Shown here: one piece after another, positions 10,534 through 42,514 of the stretch
Position numbering within the stretch: the first letter of the stretch is position 1
Layout: the number at the start of each line of letters is the position of its first letter
Assembly (NCBI RefSeq): GCF_964204645.1
Contig: NC_134031.1
Coordinates: forward strand, 558,001-622,000
Length of the DNA stretch: 64,000 bases
DNA from: Tubulanus polymorphus
Taxonomy: Eukaryota; Animalia; Nemertea
Direction: 5' to 3'
Position numbers and translations under genes: made by a program
Notes under the pieces: model-generated
The model's input: only the letters and a program-made list of their open reading frames with translations
Database searches by the model: none
Told to the model about the DNA's origin: nothing

Positions 10534-13500
10534 TCACGTGACTGTAGTGATCTCGTCTACTATTTCTGTAGTTGTGTCGTCGTACGGTGAATGGCGGTTT
10601 CTAAGTGATCTAACTCCACTCCGCGCCTGAAACAAAATACACTATCACTTTATTCATAATCGATTTCTCCCCTCAGTTGCCCAGTTGCGAATTCAAAATG
10701 AAGGTAATCATTTAACTAGTCTTTAGTTATCAGATGGTCTTAGACTGGACTGGACTGCTACTAGGTCCTGAACCCAGTTCCACTCAGTTCTCGGTTAGAG
10801 TTTGACACTTGCGCGTTAGAATCAGTTCATCTCCGATGTTCCAACGCTTTCAATAAAACATTTTACAGTTGCTAGCTACCATTTGAATAAGAGCCAGGTT
10901 TTATTGAAGAATTTTGTAACTGGATTTTGGGTCCAGTTACAAGTTCGTGATTGAAATGCAAAAGTGGTTTTAAAATCTTGATACTGGTAGTAAGTTGTTA
11001 AATTTGTTATAGAACCGATATGATTGGACAGGACTTAAACTTGTGCCATGACTTGCAACTTGCCCCCAGAATCTATCATTACTCAAAATCGTTCACATAT
11101 TTACCTGTCCTCTGAACTTAAAGTACATTTTCTCACAAACCAGCGCTAAAACACAGAACATCACACCTAATATAGCTAGGATGATTGGTCCACCGAACAC
11201 GTCTAACCCCACCTGGTGGCCGTAATAAGGATCAGCAGCAGGACGACCCAGCGGTGTATACGTCTCCCGGCTTATTTTCGTGCCCTGACAAATATGGCCG
11301 AAGAAACTCGTGCCAACAGCTGAATAGGTAAAATTAGCCTGGAAGTAATTATGATACAATAAATCTAAATGTCCATTTTCAGCCAGTAGCAACAACACCT
11401 TGTTCAATTTTTCCCGCAAGGGGGAGCCATGAGGCACGGCGAACGCGTAATAACGAGTGTCTAATATTTCGCCGACGGACAAATAATCACAATTAAACGA
11501 ACGCATGTAATCGATCAAAGTGGAGTCGGTTATAAACGCGTAGCCTCCTTCACTCATTCTCCTAAAGCCTTCTTCAGGAGAATCGACCAGCGTCCAGTTC
11601 TGAGCGACCAGTTTATAGAACGGGATGTCGCTATTCTCGAAGAACGTACGTATCGCCCCCGAGCGGACGACTCCGTATTTAATATTCGATTGATGAACGA
11701 CGTCTTCGAGGCTGCGGAATCGAGCAGTTCGCGGAACAGACGGCGCGATAAACGGTACGGTTTTAACCATAGCGCCGACATAAGTGCAAACGAAGATCAG
11801 CGAATAAAACCACCAGAATATCATTAAAACGCGACCGGCTGCTGAACGAGGCCGCACTCCAAACGCTGCAAAATAAGATAATAAACACCTAGATAGATAA
11901 ACACGTCAGCGACCAACGGATGAAATCGCAATATTCTCGATGAATAGATAATACGATTAGAATCATTTACGACTGTGCTAACTGGGACCTGGGCCCACCT
12001 TTATATCTCATAAAAGTCGGGGACAAGGTATAACGCAGTAACTGCTCAATTGTTGGTTGCTGAAGTTACTGCGGACACGGTTAAATTTGTCCCTAAATTA
12101 GTTCGTTTCAAAGCAATGTTTGAATAAATACGTGAAATTATAACCAATATGTTTTGTCAGTAACTGGAAGTAATTCAGAGGTTCATTTTTTTAAATTTCA
12201 GGCTAAAATCCATCTGACTAAGGTGTAAAGTATCAGAAGCCCTAGTAGAAGTCCTATGCTATCTCACCAGGGGGCGTGCAGTGCGGGGAGTTGTGTAGAA
12301 AATGAGCTGCTCTACGATTAGAATTTACTTTACCTTGTAAAAACAGCGACGAAAAAGAAAACCACAAACTCTGCGATAAACTGAACATGTGAGTAGCATC
12401 TTTCGGTACGTCCTCGCCACGCTGAGCTCTGTGTGCTAACTCGTACGGGTTGTAATAGTTATTGATCGATAACAGTAAACCAACCTGTATAATTAGCAAA
12501 AATATAGTATTGCAATAGACAGTCAAAGTTCATCATTTGTAAATGCTCAATAATGCACCTGCTCAATGAACGCCCAATCTAACTCAAATTCAATAAAATA
12601 CCATTCTCTTTAAACCTGGCAAATTAGTTATAACGCCATCAATGCACTGTAGCTTATACCACTATAGTGGCGAGTTGTAAAATCGTAGTTTAGAATAAAG
12701 ACCATACTAAGATCATCTTTGTTCTACGGCCAATTTAACAACTTAAGACTCAAATTCAAACTCAAAACACCATTCTTTATAAAGCTGGTCGGTAAGTTAT
12801 AACGTCGAGGGTTTGTCATAGATGATACCATTATAGGTGGTGAGTTGTACAGTCATGGTTTAGATTTAAGACTTGTCTTGGACCATCTTAGTTCTATATG
12901 GCCAATTTAATACCTTAAGACTTGACCAGTGGTGTACTGGAGTCACAACTGTGCAACTCAACCGTGAGTTATTTGAGTTAAATCGATTCGAGAACAGATT
13001 ATCATCTAAGTTGAATACGTTGAAATTGATGCTTACGAGTACAGCGCAAATAATCGTCGCAGTCCAAACAGCGAAACTGAGCGGTTTCAGAAAAAAACCC
13101 AAATTCTGATAGACGCTTCTCTCCAGCGGGAAAACGTCCTTCTTGTGCATGATCATGGCGATCCCGTGGGTCATAAACGGCATCGAGAAGTCGACGACTT
13201 TCTCCCGATCATAACTGACCGTCAGAGGAGCAGCAGCCAAATCAGCTTTCTGTGAGAAAATATGTGGAGATATTATATATATACAGATAGATTTATCATA
13301 GAGAGATATTGTCAATGTGTCAGAGGACAGGCGATAGAGACAGACGATACGACAGACCTGTGCCTGTGGTTGATATAAAAATCAAGAATATTTTGCTATT
13401 GAACATATGCGTCTATACTTCCTGTAGCCAGGCACGTGTAGCAAAATACCAGGTACCAGTTGCAAAGTCGAGGGTTAAAGCATTGGTCGTATATACTAGA

Positions 13501-15305
13501 TTACACGCGTCGGATTCATGACCAGTCTATGGCCATCTTATAGGTTCTATAGTTCACTAAGAACAATTTGAAATTTAAGATTTAAGATCACTTTTGGACG
13601 TAAGTATAGATTTATGCAACTGCGTTGAGGAATAAAACATACTGAGATTGAAATAGTTTATAGCAGTCTAAAACTCAAACAAATCCAGCAAGTTAGAACC
13701 ATCCTTAGCTTCTTTTGGTTCTTTTTTTATGGATTTTGTTCTTTCTTTTCTATGGCTGCTTTCTTGCAAGCTAACTGTTGCTTCAAAGCAGTCCTTCATT
13801 TAATAACATTTCTAATGTATTCGCTTATTCATTAATTCTGTAAAAACTGTATTTGAAAATAAATCATATATCATTGTGGGTTTCTGATAACTATATTGTG
13901 GTGTTTGAATATTTCCCTAGTCCATTTTCAAAACGTGTTGGTTGGGTGCGAATACAACACGAAGGGAGTCTGTAGTTGGGAGTGTAAGTTTATACCTACC
14001 CCTGATATCAACTCTCCAACCATGCCTGACCACGAAGTTGCCGTATCATTAACAGCCGTTCCCCATTTAGAGTCATCGACCTCTTTAATCGTATAATTGA
14101 ATTCGATTATATTGGCTAATATGTGTAACAGATCTACAATGTAGCCGTGATAGTTCGTGGAATCGGAGTTCTTCGTCGCATATGGGTCATCCTCGACCAT
14201 TAGAAACGGGGCCAACTACAAAATAATATATATGTATATAAACACGCAAATATTCGTAAATATAGTGTTATAACGATAGATAATGGACTTATGTAATTCT
14301 CATTAAACATTTAATGAACATAACTTATATTTCTTTATCATTTTCATTATATTTTTCAATAAATACAACGAGCCGAACTTTATAGGTAAATTGATTTATT
14401 AGAAGTAGCTTCATCAGGTGAATGATCTGATGAAGCTATTATTCATTATAAGTGAAACCATATGGTTTATTTTCAAGAACCCTGCGTCTAAGGTACAAGA
14501 TCAAGGTATATAACTTACCCTTATAGTTGTAACTCTGATCGGTCTATCAATTGTAGAAGCTTCGTCGCTTTGACATACAGAAATGCCTGAATACGGAATA
14601 TGAGAACTCATCAGGGCCCAGTTCCACAGGTCTGAGTTAAGATTTGACTCTTGAGTTAACTCATTGAAAATGAACTAACTTTAACTCAGAGTTAACTCTA
14701 ACTCACGACTGTGGAACTAGGTCAAGTAAAACAACTACTCAAATGACTAAACCATCGACTCGAAGCAAAAAACTTGGTTTTAGAGTCCATAATTAAACTT
14801 AACGATATGATCATACTTTGCATCGGTCCTCTCTCCTGCCCTGGCGCATACGCACATTTCGTAAGAGACCTCGAGGCCAGGTCAGCTAGCCTCAGATATC
14901 ATATTCAGGGACAACATCGAGACTTAATTCCAAAAGTGGTCTTCAATTGTAAGACCTAAGTCGTTAGAACGTTAAGACGGTCTTACTGTTAACCACTGAT
15001 AAAACACTATATCCGTGTTGTGAAGACGATATATAGGATAATAGTATTCCTGAATATATTAGAATTTAGTCGAAACGTTGGATAAACTACGCTAGCTCAA
15101 GGAAACTTTCTCGAACTTAAGATAATTATCTTTTCGTTCACTATAGTGGGAATCTACATTACACATTATGGTATTATACCGGTCTTGAATCTAAGCCATT
15201 ACCGCGAAACTGACCTCCATGATATTAAAAAAACAAAAGTGACTTACAGAATGTTAGAACAGCCAAAAAAGCGATGTATTGATAATTATCACGTATCCCC
15301 ATCAT
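10534..15305 (-). CDS. Ionotropic glutamate receptor family subunit lacking the amino-terminal domain (~519 aa)
   Basis: Exons 15305-15248 (signal peptide MMGIRDNYQYIAFLAVLTF), 14586-14519 (IRVTTIR), 14215-14000 (APFLM...GYIVDLL...WSGMVGELISG), 13249-13037 (KADLAAAPLTVSYDREKVVDFSMPFM, M1), 12484-12334 (M2 SLWFSFSSLFLQ), 11865-11105 (M3, S2, M4), 10626-10534 (stop). All phases are compatible. Confidence 0.87.
14614..14723. mobile_element. MITE family 1 (~105-125 bp; TIR G(A/G)CCCAGTTCCACAG...CTGTGGAACT(A/G)GGTC)
   Basis: Terminal inverted repeats around a GAGTTAACTC-rich core. Other full or partial copies near 10770, 17505, 17660, 19425, 27781, 47870, 48880-49100, 52447, 54403 and 60066. Confidence 0.75.
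15043..15104 (+). repeat. Degenerate dispersed copy of the hammerhead-bearing unit
   Basis: AGTATTCCTGAA...TAGTCGAAACGTTGGATAAACTACGCTAGCTCAAGGAA matches the 61620-62212 array unit, but the core is damaged. Confidence 0.75.
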
Positions 15306-18300
15306 TTCTCTATCCGGGAGTCATGTGCGCTGCGTTCTTTTTTGTGTAGAGAGTTTTGTCTTTCATTGACAAGGTATTGAAGTTACCCGGGATATCGATA
15401 CATAGAAACTGTTTAATCGTAGCCACAAAACATCGGTGGAAATAACTGCAAAAAGATAAACTACTGACTTGAAAGATAAGACTCGCTCGACGCGAAACTT
15501 TGAACTTAATGCAGAATCGAGCTTAAAATCGATAAAAATTTGCATATGCAAATGACGCAACAAACTGAAAATGGCGGCGGATTTCAGTGAAATTGTGATC
15601 GGTGTACTTACGTGTTTTCTAGATGGCAGGATTTTTAGTGACTGCGTTGATGATTCGTACTAATACTCAGTGTACTATACACACACACGGTGTACAATGA
15701 AGTACCAACAGTTTTTACGACAGCTGCTTGTTGTATGTCGTCATATCAATCAATAATATATCAGGTCCTGGCGACAACAACAATTAACACTGTTTTGAAA
15801 ACAAGCCTCAAATGTTACCAATATTTACACACGTATTATTATGTATACATAGGACAAAGTGTAGGCTGAAATATTTGGCCTATGTTACTGCGTGTGACAC
15901 GATCGCGACAAAACATAGGCGGATTCTACGTATGTCAGCAGTTAAAACTGGTTTTCCTGGAAATTTCACGTCATCAGGAAGCTCATTTTTTCATGATGTG
16001 TTATTGATATAAACAACACCACTTTTATTTCTATGCATTCGACGCATTTATTACCAAAATGAGGAAGCATTACACCCTAACATCAGACATGAGTCATAGA
16101 ACAACTAATGTTTCAATTAGATTTTAATGTTTTGAGTTGACTTCAATTATTATCGGGTTATGATTTCGAGAATTTTGGAAAACCGGAAGAATTGTCGATT
16201 TAGAGCAATACGAAGTTATCATTCCACTGAACTAATTAATGCAGGCCTGGTCGAATCGGGGGTCGGGTGTCTCGACACCAGCGAGGCGGACTAATTTCAA
16301 TTAGCGAGAAGGCACCTGTCCGTGACTCGTCGGCAATCTCCGGATCGCCTCGGGCAACGAGCAGACGACAGGTTTTCAATTGTTGGACCAGAAATCGACG
16401 ATTTGTGTCGAAATGGCTTTAAAACCATAATTACCGATAATTGCGTAGCTTTATTTTAGAATCGACTTGTTCCACAATTAAACATCGAATGAAACCGATC
16501 GCATGCACGCGCACAAAAGCCGGAAAAGCGAATATCCTGAATTCATTAAACTCTGAATTGAAAACGATCTCTTTGTGTTCGACCTCGCGAGTTGTGAGTT
16601 TAACACGGTAATGTTTAACGATACGTGATATAGAATCAGTTATAAACACACTCACACCGCGGATTTAGCCTTGATTTTCACTTGATTAAACCTAAATCTG
16701 GATGACCTCGGCACATGTAACATTGTTAGCTCATTTGACGTGTATTCAACACAATTTGTCATAATCTTTAAATTTCGGTCGCGCCGCCGCCGCCGCCGCC
16801 GCCGCTTTGGTGTGTTCATTATTTACCGAGTTATTGTGGAAATTATCTTGACCAAAAATATAAATACCAAAATCCAAGATCTTTTTTGAATGTTAGTTTC
16901 AACAAAGTTTTTTGGGGGTTATTGTGTACTTTTTAAAACAATTTCTTTGAACTTCTAGTAGGGGACGGGATGTAACGTTGATCTAGTATTCTAAGACGTC
17001 TTAACGATTTTTCAATCTCAGACCACATGGAAACATGCAACAACAACCAACGTGGCACACGACATAGTAACCGCACCTCTGTTCAATCAGACAGTGAAGT
17101 ATGGAAAATAAATTTACGATCTTATGAAAATTATTCAGATTTCTAGATAAACGTAGGAACTTTACCGACACTTTTCTGCGAGATAAGAATCATTAGAAGT
17201 CGGTTGCTCATCAGAATATAAGCGAGCACCTGATTGCTATTGTTATAGACAGATTGTGGTCAACAAAAAGGTGTCGCCACTATTGTCCGTAATGAGTTTA
17301 TAATAGCAATTCGAGCGGAGTTAGCTCAGACTACCACAAATAAACCTCGTTAAACAATCAGTTTGTTCTGTCGTGTTATGTTGTTTAGATCTCCTGGGAA
17401 GATAGTCGCCGAGGAGGAATATTTTTCCATCGAGTTTCAGATTATATAATTTTGTTATTTGTACGGGCTCATTTTTATCTATCTTTTTGCCATTAATACA
17501 ACTGGACCCCAGGTTCCACAGTTTTGAGATTGGATTTGACTCATTGAAAACTAACTGATTTTAACTCTAACTCACAACTGTGGCGCTGTATCCAGAGTTT
17601 TACAGTCAGGTCACCACACAAGTCCTAGCCTATTCACTATCCTAGAGTTGGAATTGGCCTAGGATCCAGTACCACAGTTGTGAGTTAGAGTTACCTCTGA
17701 ACTCAGGATCCAGTTCCACAAATTTTAGAGTTAACTCTGAACTCAGGAACCAACCATTTACAACGCTATCGTGGGTTATGATATATTTCACGCTATCTTT
17801 GAGTGTGAAATCCTATACGGAACTCACGAACTGTTGAACCGGATCCTGCATCAAAGAAGTTGGTCCATAATTTCTGCAGGGTCCAAAAAATATGAAAACT
17901 GTTCGAGCATAGAATAATCGCACGCTTTGCTAAATGTTGGTCTATAATTCTAGTGGAGGCCTTTTCGTGGTGTTGAGTGTTTGTGGAAATACACACATTA
18001 ACTCGCATTCAACAGTTAAATACATTTGATTTAATGCCAATTAAATCAGGAATTCTACCGGTTATCGACACAAAAACCCATCAGGACAATCAACTTAACA
18101 AAACACGATTCTAATTGAAACCAACGATTCGTCTGAATGGGAATAATAGCGTACAGTCAAGAGATCCTCGGGTGATTCCGGGGGTGCTTTAAACCCCGCT
18201 CGTCTGATCTTGACCGAAACGGACTGAAAATGACCAAACCATGACTAATTGTCAACAGTCCGAAACTGACCACCGCTTTTAAAACCCCCATAACGAGCTT

Positions 18301-19232
18301 TAATGATTATTAATATGTTGATAACGGATTTGAAGCTGTCGTGTTTAAAAGCTGTTTCAGTTTGTGACAATTATTAATAAGCTTCATATTAATGATTATT
18401 TAATCACTTTAAGGTTATTACCACGCGTGGTTCTACTATCTGCTCTCTGCGGGTTGAGGTATTTAAAAGAGGAAATTAAATGTTCCCTTGCCTGCTGCAC
18501 GTGTCAGGAATAAAATGAAATCATTTAAGAAATTTGATTTTCGAACTTTCCACGAGATAACGTGCTAACTGAAAAATATCGTTGTGACATCGGAATTGAT
18601 ATCTTACTGATCCATTTGTCTTCAGGATCCCGTCCCATGAAGAAGTTTGGGATTAAAACGGTTGAGTTTGAAATTGTCGGCCTCATTGAAAACATGAAGT
18701 AACCGTTTAATTTTCTCGTGAAATTGGACACTTTATCAGTCAATCACAGATGAATTTAGATTAAAAAAATCCAGTTTATTTTTTATCTCAATCTCCATAT
18801 TCCACGCGTGGAAATTAACAACGAAAAAATGATGGGGCCTGGTTTTTAGAATTCATGATTTTTTTGTCACACTTGTCTTTGTGTCAAGATAAGTAACCGA
18901 ATCGCTGGTTTAGGTCAATCCGTACAAAGTCGAGACGAAGTTTGCCGGTAAAAATTACCATCCCAAATTATCGGTTTCATGCATTTAAATGTGCCGCATA
19001 AACGACTCAATCACTGATTCTATCAAGAGACTCTATAATTACTTGCGCCTCAAGTCAGGAAACCCGCGCTCGTTTGGCTATGTGATTTCGGAAATGGGCG
19101 TCACATGACAGCGTCTTGTCCAATCAGAGCCGTTGATTTCGGGTGTCGGCGTACTTTGAATGAGATCTTGATTTAGGCGCAACGAAATTCTTGAAGACCC
19201 ATCATTAAATAATAAACTTTGGACTAGCGATC

Positions 19233-24996
<5,764 letters not shown>

Positions 24997-25581
24997 CATC
25001 CACCGTCGTGGATTCTTCAGTCATTAGCAATCAATCTGCATTTAATCACGGACTCTCTCATTTTAGAGTCCACATCTAACTTAAAACTCTAGAGATGTCC
25101 ATGCGTTTTGTATATAGAATCACGCCATTTAAAGTCATTAAGAATCGTCAGTGTAAATATCGATTGTAAATCTGTGTACATATACGGTATGAATTACTGT
25201 TGAAATCGGCAAATAAATTGTATATGAGATTCTAATAATGAATCTGTTGATTGTTTAACGGATTTTTTCTCGACCTAGAATACGGAAGAATAAACAATCC
25301 CGCAATAACTGTTTCCATGAAGATCGCACTTAGATAAATCTCCGAAAACTGTCAGAATAACAAACTTGATTTTGGGATTGTAAGAATATATCCGGCCCTA
25401 GTGTTTCACTGTCGTCTTTATTTAACAGTTATTAGCATTGACCAATCAGAGAGGAGTTTATACTGGGAACACGAAACGAACGTCAGACAAATTACTATGG
25501 CCACAGCGTAATAAAAAGTTCTCTTATCACTCGTAATGATCGAATGCCGACTTCAGTGGTTCTCACTAAGCGATCGCTGCT

Positions 25582-26087
25582 TAAACAGGTCACCCTCGAG
25601 TCCTACCTGCTCAGACTGGTCACCCTCGAGTCCTACTCAAACAGGTCACCCTCGAGTCCTACTCAAACAGGTCACCCTCGAATCCTACCTGCTCAAACAG
25701 GTCACCCTCGAGTCCTACTCAAACAGGTCACCCTCGAGTCCTACCTGCTCAAACAGGTCACCCTCGAGTCCTACCTGCTCAAACAAGTCACCCTCGAGTC
25801 CTACCTGCTCAAACAGGTCACCCTCGAGTCCTACCTGCTCAGACTGGTCACCCTTGAGTCCTACCTGCTCAGACTGGTCACCCTTGAGTCCTACCTACTC
25901 AAACAGGTCACCCTCGAGTCCTACCTACTCAAACAGGTCACCCTCGAGTCCTACCTACTCAAACAGGTCACCCTCGAGTCCTACTCAAACAGGTCACCCT
26001 GGAGTCCTACTTAAACAGGTCACCCTCGAGTCCTACTCAAACAGGTCACCCTCGAGTCCTACTCAAACAGGTCGCCCTCGAGTCCTG
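25582..26087. repeat. 26/30-bp minisatellite (TCAAACAGGTCACCCTCGAGTCCTAC, plus or minus CTGC/CTAC), ~17-18 units
   Basis: Reverse complement of the 9910-10153 array; it generates ORFs 25536-26144 and 25544-26014. Confidence 0.95.
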
Positions 26088-26209
26088 TATCCCAAAATAT
26101 CTAATAAAAGCGAATCTAATGAAAAACATTTTTGTTTTTTGTGATGATTACTTTATTCGCGCTTATTGATGATGAACATCATAATAAAACATCGAACTGT
26201 GTAACATGT

Positions 26210-26485
26210 TTAGTTAGGACAACATCTTCCCATCAATCTTGAGCAACATCCGCTGCTGGGTCCACCGATCAGCCAGTAGGTACCGTGTTTACCGTTACAG
26301 AAACATGGAAGTCCTCTCTCTTCAATTTCAACCTCTGCAAATTAATAGAAATCGGTAAAATTATGAATTATATACAATATGAAACTAGAAAATCTCGCAC
26401 GCAATGAAACGAATGAATTACCTTCGGCAGCGATGGCTCCGATGACCATAAACAAGGCCAAGGCGATGAACAAAGTCTTGTACAT
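26210..26485 (-). CDS. Secreted cysteine-rich peptide precursor, copy B (protein identical to copy A)
   Basis: Exons 26485-26422 and 26334-26210. The only CDS difference seen is synonymous (ATC vs ATT, Ile in the propeptide). Confidence 0.88.
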
Positions 26486-27780
26486 TCTGAAAGTAAACGA
26501 TGAATTTTTAAGTTGAGTATCAAATCTCTGATGAGGGAAGGATGTGTCGCTGCTCCAGATATCGATATTTTTCACTCAATTTTTACTTTCATCTTAGAAC
26601 AAATCGAAATCAAATATTAATTTTAAAACTGTATACGATATAACAATTTATACACAGTAATAGATTCTAATATGACAGCGAGGATATTTCCGAAGTTTTA
26701 AGCCTGAGAAGTGAGACGCACGCAGGACCCGGTTCTACAGTTCTCGATTTAGATTTTATGGTTAAAACATGGAATTAACTTCTACTCAAATGTCAAACTA
26801 AACCAAGAACTGAGACTCGGAAAGTTTTCATCACGTATTACAGTAAGAAACTGCTCAAACAATGGCGGCATCTTCCGGAACCTGGGCGTAGATTCATCAT
26901 CACTTACCTCACTTGTTACTGAAACTGTAAAATGTGTAACTTACCTGAGTTTTGAGTGCTTTGTCGGAAGATTCACAACAATTAACAACTCCCAAAACGC
27001 GACCCATTTTATAGTTTGATGACATCGTAAGCGGATTGTAAAACAATCCGCTTTTACACTTTTTCACACGGAATTAGTGACTTTTTGAGCTGTATTTTGC
27101 ATTCGGATTTTTTTCAAACATTTTTTGAAATTCTATATCAGATTTTTGAATTTTTGAAACTACTCGTTGGCCTATTTCCTCAATTTGTGCTGATGACCAA
27201 ACGAGGGAAACTAAGGAAAACTAAACTGAACGTTATTTGACGATTTCGAAAATAACATATGTTGCTAATGTAGACGATGTATGATATCATACGGACATGT
27301 AGGCCTATATTTAGGATCGATAAACCTATCGAAAATAAAGAATTTGAATATATCGACAATATCGACGATTGAATTGAAGTGACCGGCAACCAGTCTTGCC
27401 CAAGTACTTAGAAATTCATTACCAAAGATACAAATTCATAAAATAGAGAATTAGTAATGAAATCTATCTAATCGGTTTTTATCATTTTAATTTCGAAACA
27501 CCAATATTGATGACGTAGTGCACATCGACTCACACAGTCATGTACCCATTAAATATCGATGGTGGTTGTGGCTGAATCGGGTCATGCTAACAAATCCGTA
27601 CGGCTAGAGGCGCGATTAAAAGTTTGGTTTTCTCGCAGTTTTTACGGCGTCGAAAAACGAGGTCAAAGAAATGTAACACCGCATCTACAGGTCTCGCGGA
27701 AGGCTGAACCAAACTCATACATTCAACTCATCAATTGGGTTCAATACCACCCAAAGTAACGTGCCACCCAATAGACCACT

Positions 27781-27886
27781 GGATCCAGTTCCACAGTTGT
27801 GAGTTAACTCTGAGTTAAAGCTAGTTCATTTTCAATGAGTTAACTCAGAGTCAAATCTGAACTCTCAGAACTGTGGAACTGGACCC
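27781..27886. mobile_element. MITE family 1, well-preserved copy
   Basis: GGATCCAGTTCCACAGTT ... AACTGTGGAACTGGACCC. Confidence 0.8.
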
Positions 27887-28793
27887 TGGTCTGTGGTGGA
27901 CAACAACTCATCTAGTCAGTTTGGTGACCATTAGCAGATCTGACTAGCCATGGGTAGGATGACTGTTTTAGTATAATAATGCCCTATCATCTTTTAAAAC
28001 TACGTAGGTTTTTTTCTCATGACAATTGGCAGGAATTTTCGATGGCATCTGTTGGTGTCGAGTCAGGTGATAATTCCACCAAAACAAGCGTTTTTGTTAT
28101 AGAAATTCGAATAAACTCCTCACCCCTTACCCCTCACTCCTCACCCAATCTGCCGCTGCTGTTTCTGCAGGATTTACATAAATTCTCCAGTTAACAATAA
28201 TTCATCGCGCATAGATGAACTGATATTTTATTCATGCATTTTTCAACGCGGTATTTTTCCAGCTGTCACTCATAGAAGGCTTAATGTGCAACCCATCTCT
28301 AAACTAACCGCCATTTTGTAGAATATAGTCTTTAGATTGGATCAGTGTTACCAGTACGTTTTCATCTGACAGTCAGAAATCAATCGTTTTGTATTCATCA
28401 GGATCCACAGTTCCACAGATCCACAGATGTGTTAGCCAATGAAAGAAACGCCTGATAGACATTCCACATTAGACATACGACATCATACATACAACGCACG
28501 TCATCCGACATAAAACAAAACGAATACATTTCAAATTATATCAAAACTTTAATGGATCACAATATAATTTCATCACTAACAATATTTCACAAATATATAT
28601 AATTTAAATTCAAACGTTGATTTTTTTTTCAGTTACACAACGGATTTACAGTTCAAACGATATAAACGTAGTATAGTCTTTGTTCTGAAACACGAAACAC
28701 TTTCATACGCTGGATTTTTATTTCGATTGGGAAACGCTTAGATCGGGGTTGACGATGTATAATAGATCTGTCACCAGGGGGCGTTACCGGCGA

Positions 28794-41390
<12,597 letters not shown>

Positions 41391-42240
41391 GATTACACGA
41401 TTTATCAAATTTACTCATCGATCATGATTTTTGCTCGGTAGTTTTTACTCGTGTAACGGCGAGGAGAATCAGTCAACACGTGTGTGTGGATGTTGACTGA
41501 GCGACTGTGAACTCACTCTCCTCTTACGGCGCACATCATCTCTTCGCGACGAAAACATCACGGTCACCAGTCCGTTCTGCGCGTGTCGACACAACATCGC
41601 ATCTACTCGAAGAATTATGAAATATACATTACGAAATTATTGGAAAACATATTTGACAACAATTCACGTGGTCGCGAATCCTGCAATGCGGAGTTCATTC
41701 CCATTAGACGCACGCGGTATTTGCCTTTTTTCCTTGGTATTGTATAGATAACTATTGTTGATGCTAGTAGCTCAAGTAGCTGAATGCTTATTGTCAATTA
41801 ATCATTATTAAACGTAGTTGAAACGTCAGTAAAACATCGAATACAGATCTACGCGCATCCGTTTCAAAACGACATCGAGTATATACTACAGCAAAGTTCG
41901 TGATTGGAGATTTTGTATCTAGACGACGGTTACGAATCGACCAATGAGCGACGTGTATTCTGATTATTAACCCGAATGATCAGTAAGGCTTATCACTAGC
42001 GCATGTTGTCCGTCGCATTTTTTTCCCAGGACTCGACGACGAATTGACATAATTACATTTGGTAATTACATCTGTAATCAAGATGGACGGGTTTTTTTTT
42101 CTGCCAGACTGAGACGGTGTCGATATCGCCTCGAACGATTCTGAGGTGAATCGAGCTCAAGTCGAATCCGATCAAGGTGACTATTTATCTTAGGTATTTC
42201 TTGAAATATTTTCTCTGTGCTTCATATCATATACTCTTTT

Positions 42241-42514
42241 AATTTAGATACCACTCTCAAGTCAAAAGATCCGACTTGAGCGGAGTCTACTGTACCATCC
42301 AACTCAGATATCACTCTCAAGTCAATAGATCCGACTTGAGCGGAGTCTACTGTACCATCCAACTCAGATATCACTCTCAAGTCAATAGATCCGACTTGAG
42401 CGGAGTCTTCTGTACCATCCAACTCAGATATTGCTCTCAAGTCAAAAGATATGACTTGAGCGGAGTCTTCTGTATCATCCAACTCAGATATCAAACTCAA
42501 GTCAATAGATCCGA
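42241..42514. repeat. 60-bp tandem repeat x~4.5 with internal hairpin CTCAAGTC...GACTTGAG
   Basis: Units align column-wise at 42241, 42301, 42361, 42421 and 42481. Confidence 0.95.

Larger units (their letters stand above)
25582..27108 (-). repeat. Right arm of the inverted segmental duplication
   Basis: Reverse complement of 8865-10153. Carries a longer minisatellite and a deletion of ~27 bp in the 5'UTR intron. Confidence 0.95.

Noticed and set aside
25536-26144. ORFs 25536-26144, 25544-26014 and 9889-10191 (SPSSPT / KQVTLESY repeats, superficially like the RNA Pol II CTD)
   Set aside because: They are translations of the 26/30-bp minisatellite, whose units are not all multiples of three.
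26342-26575. 77-aa ORF as a standalone protein
   Set aside because: It is intron sequence read through the signal-peptide exon of peptide copy B; the spliced model explains it.
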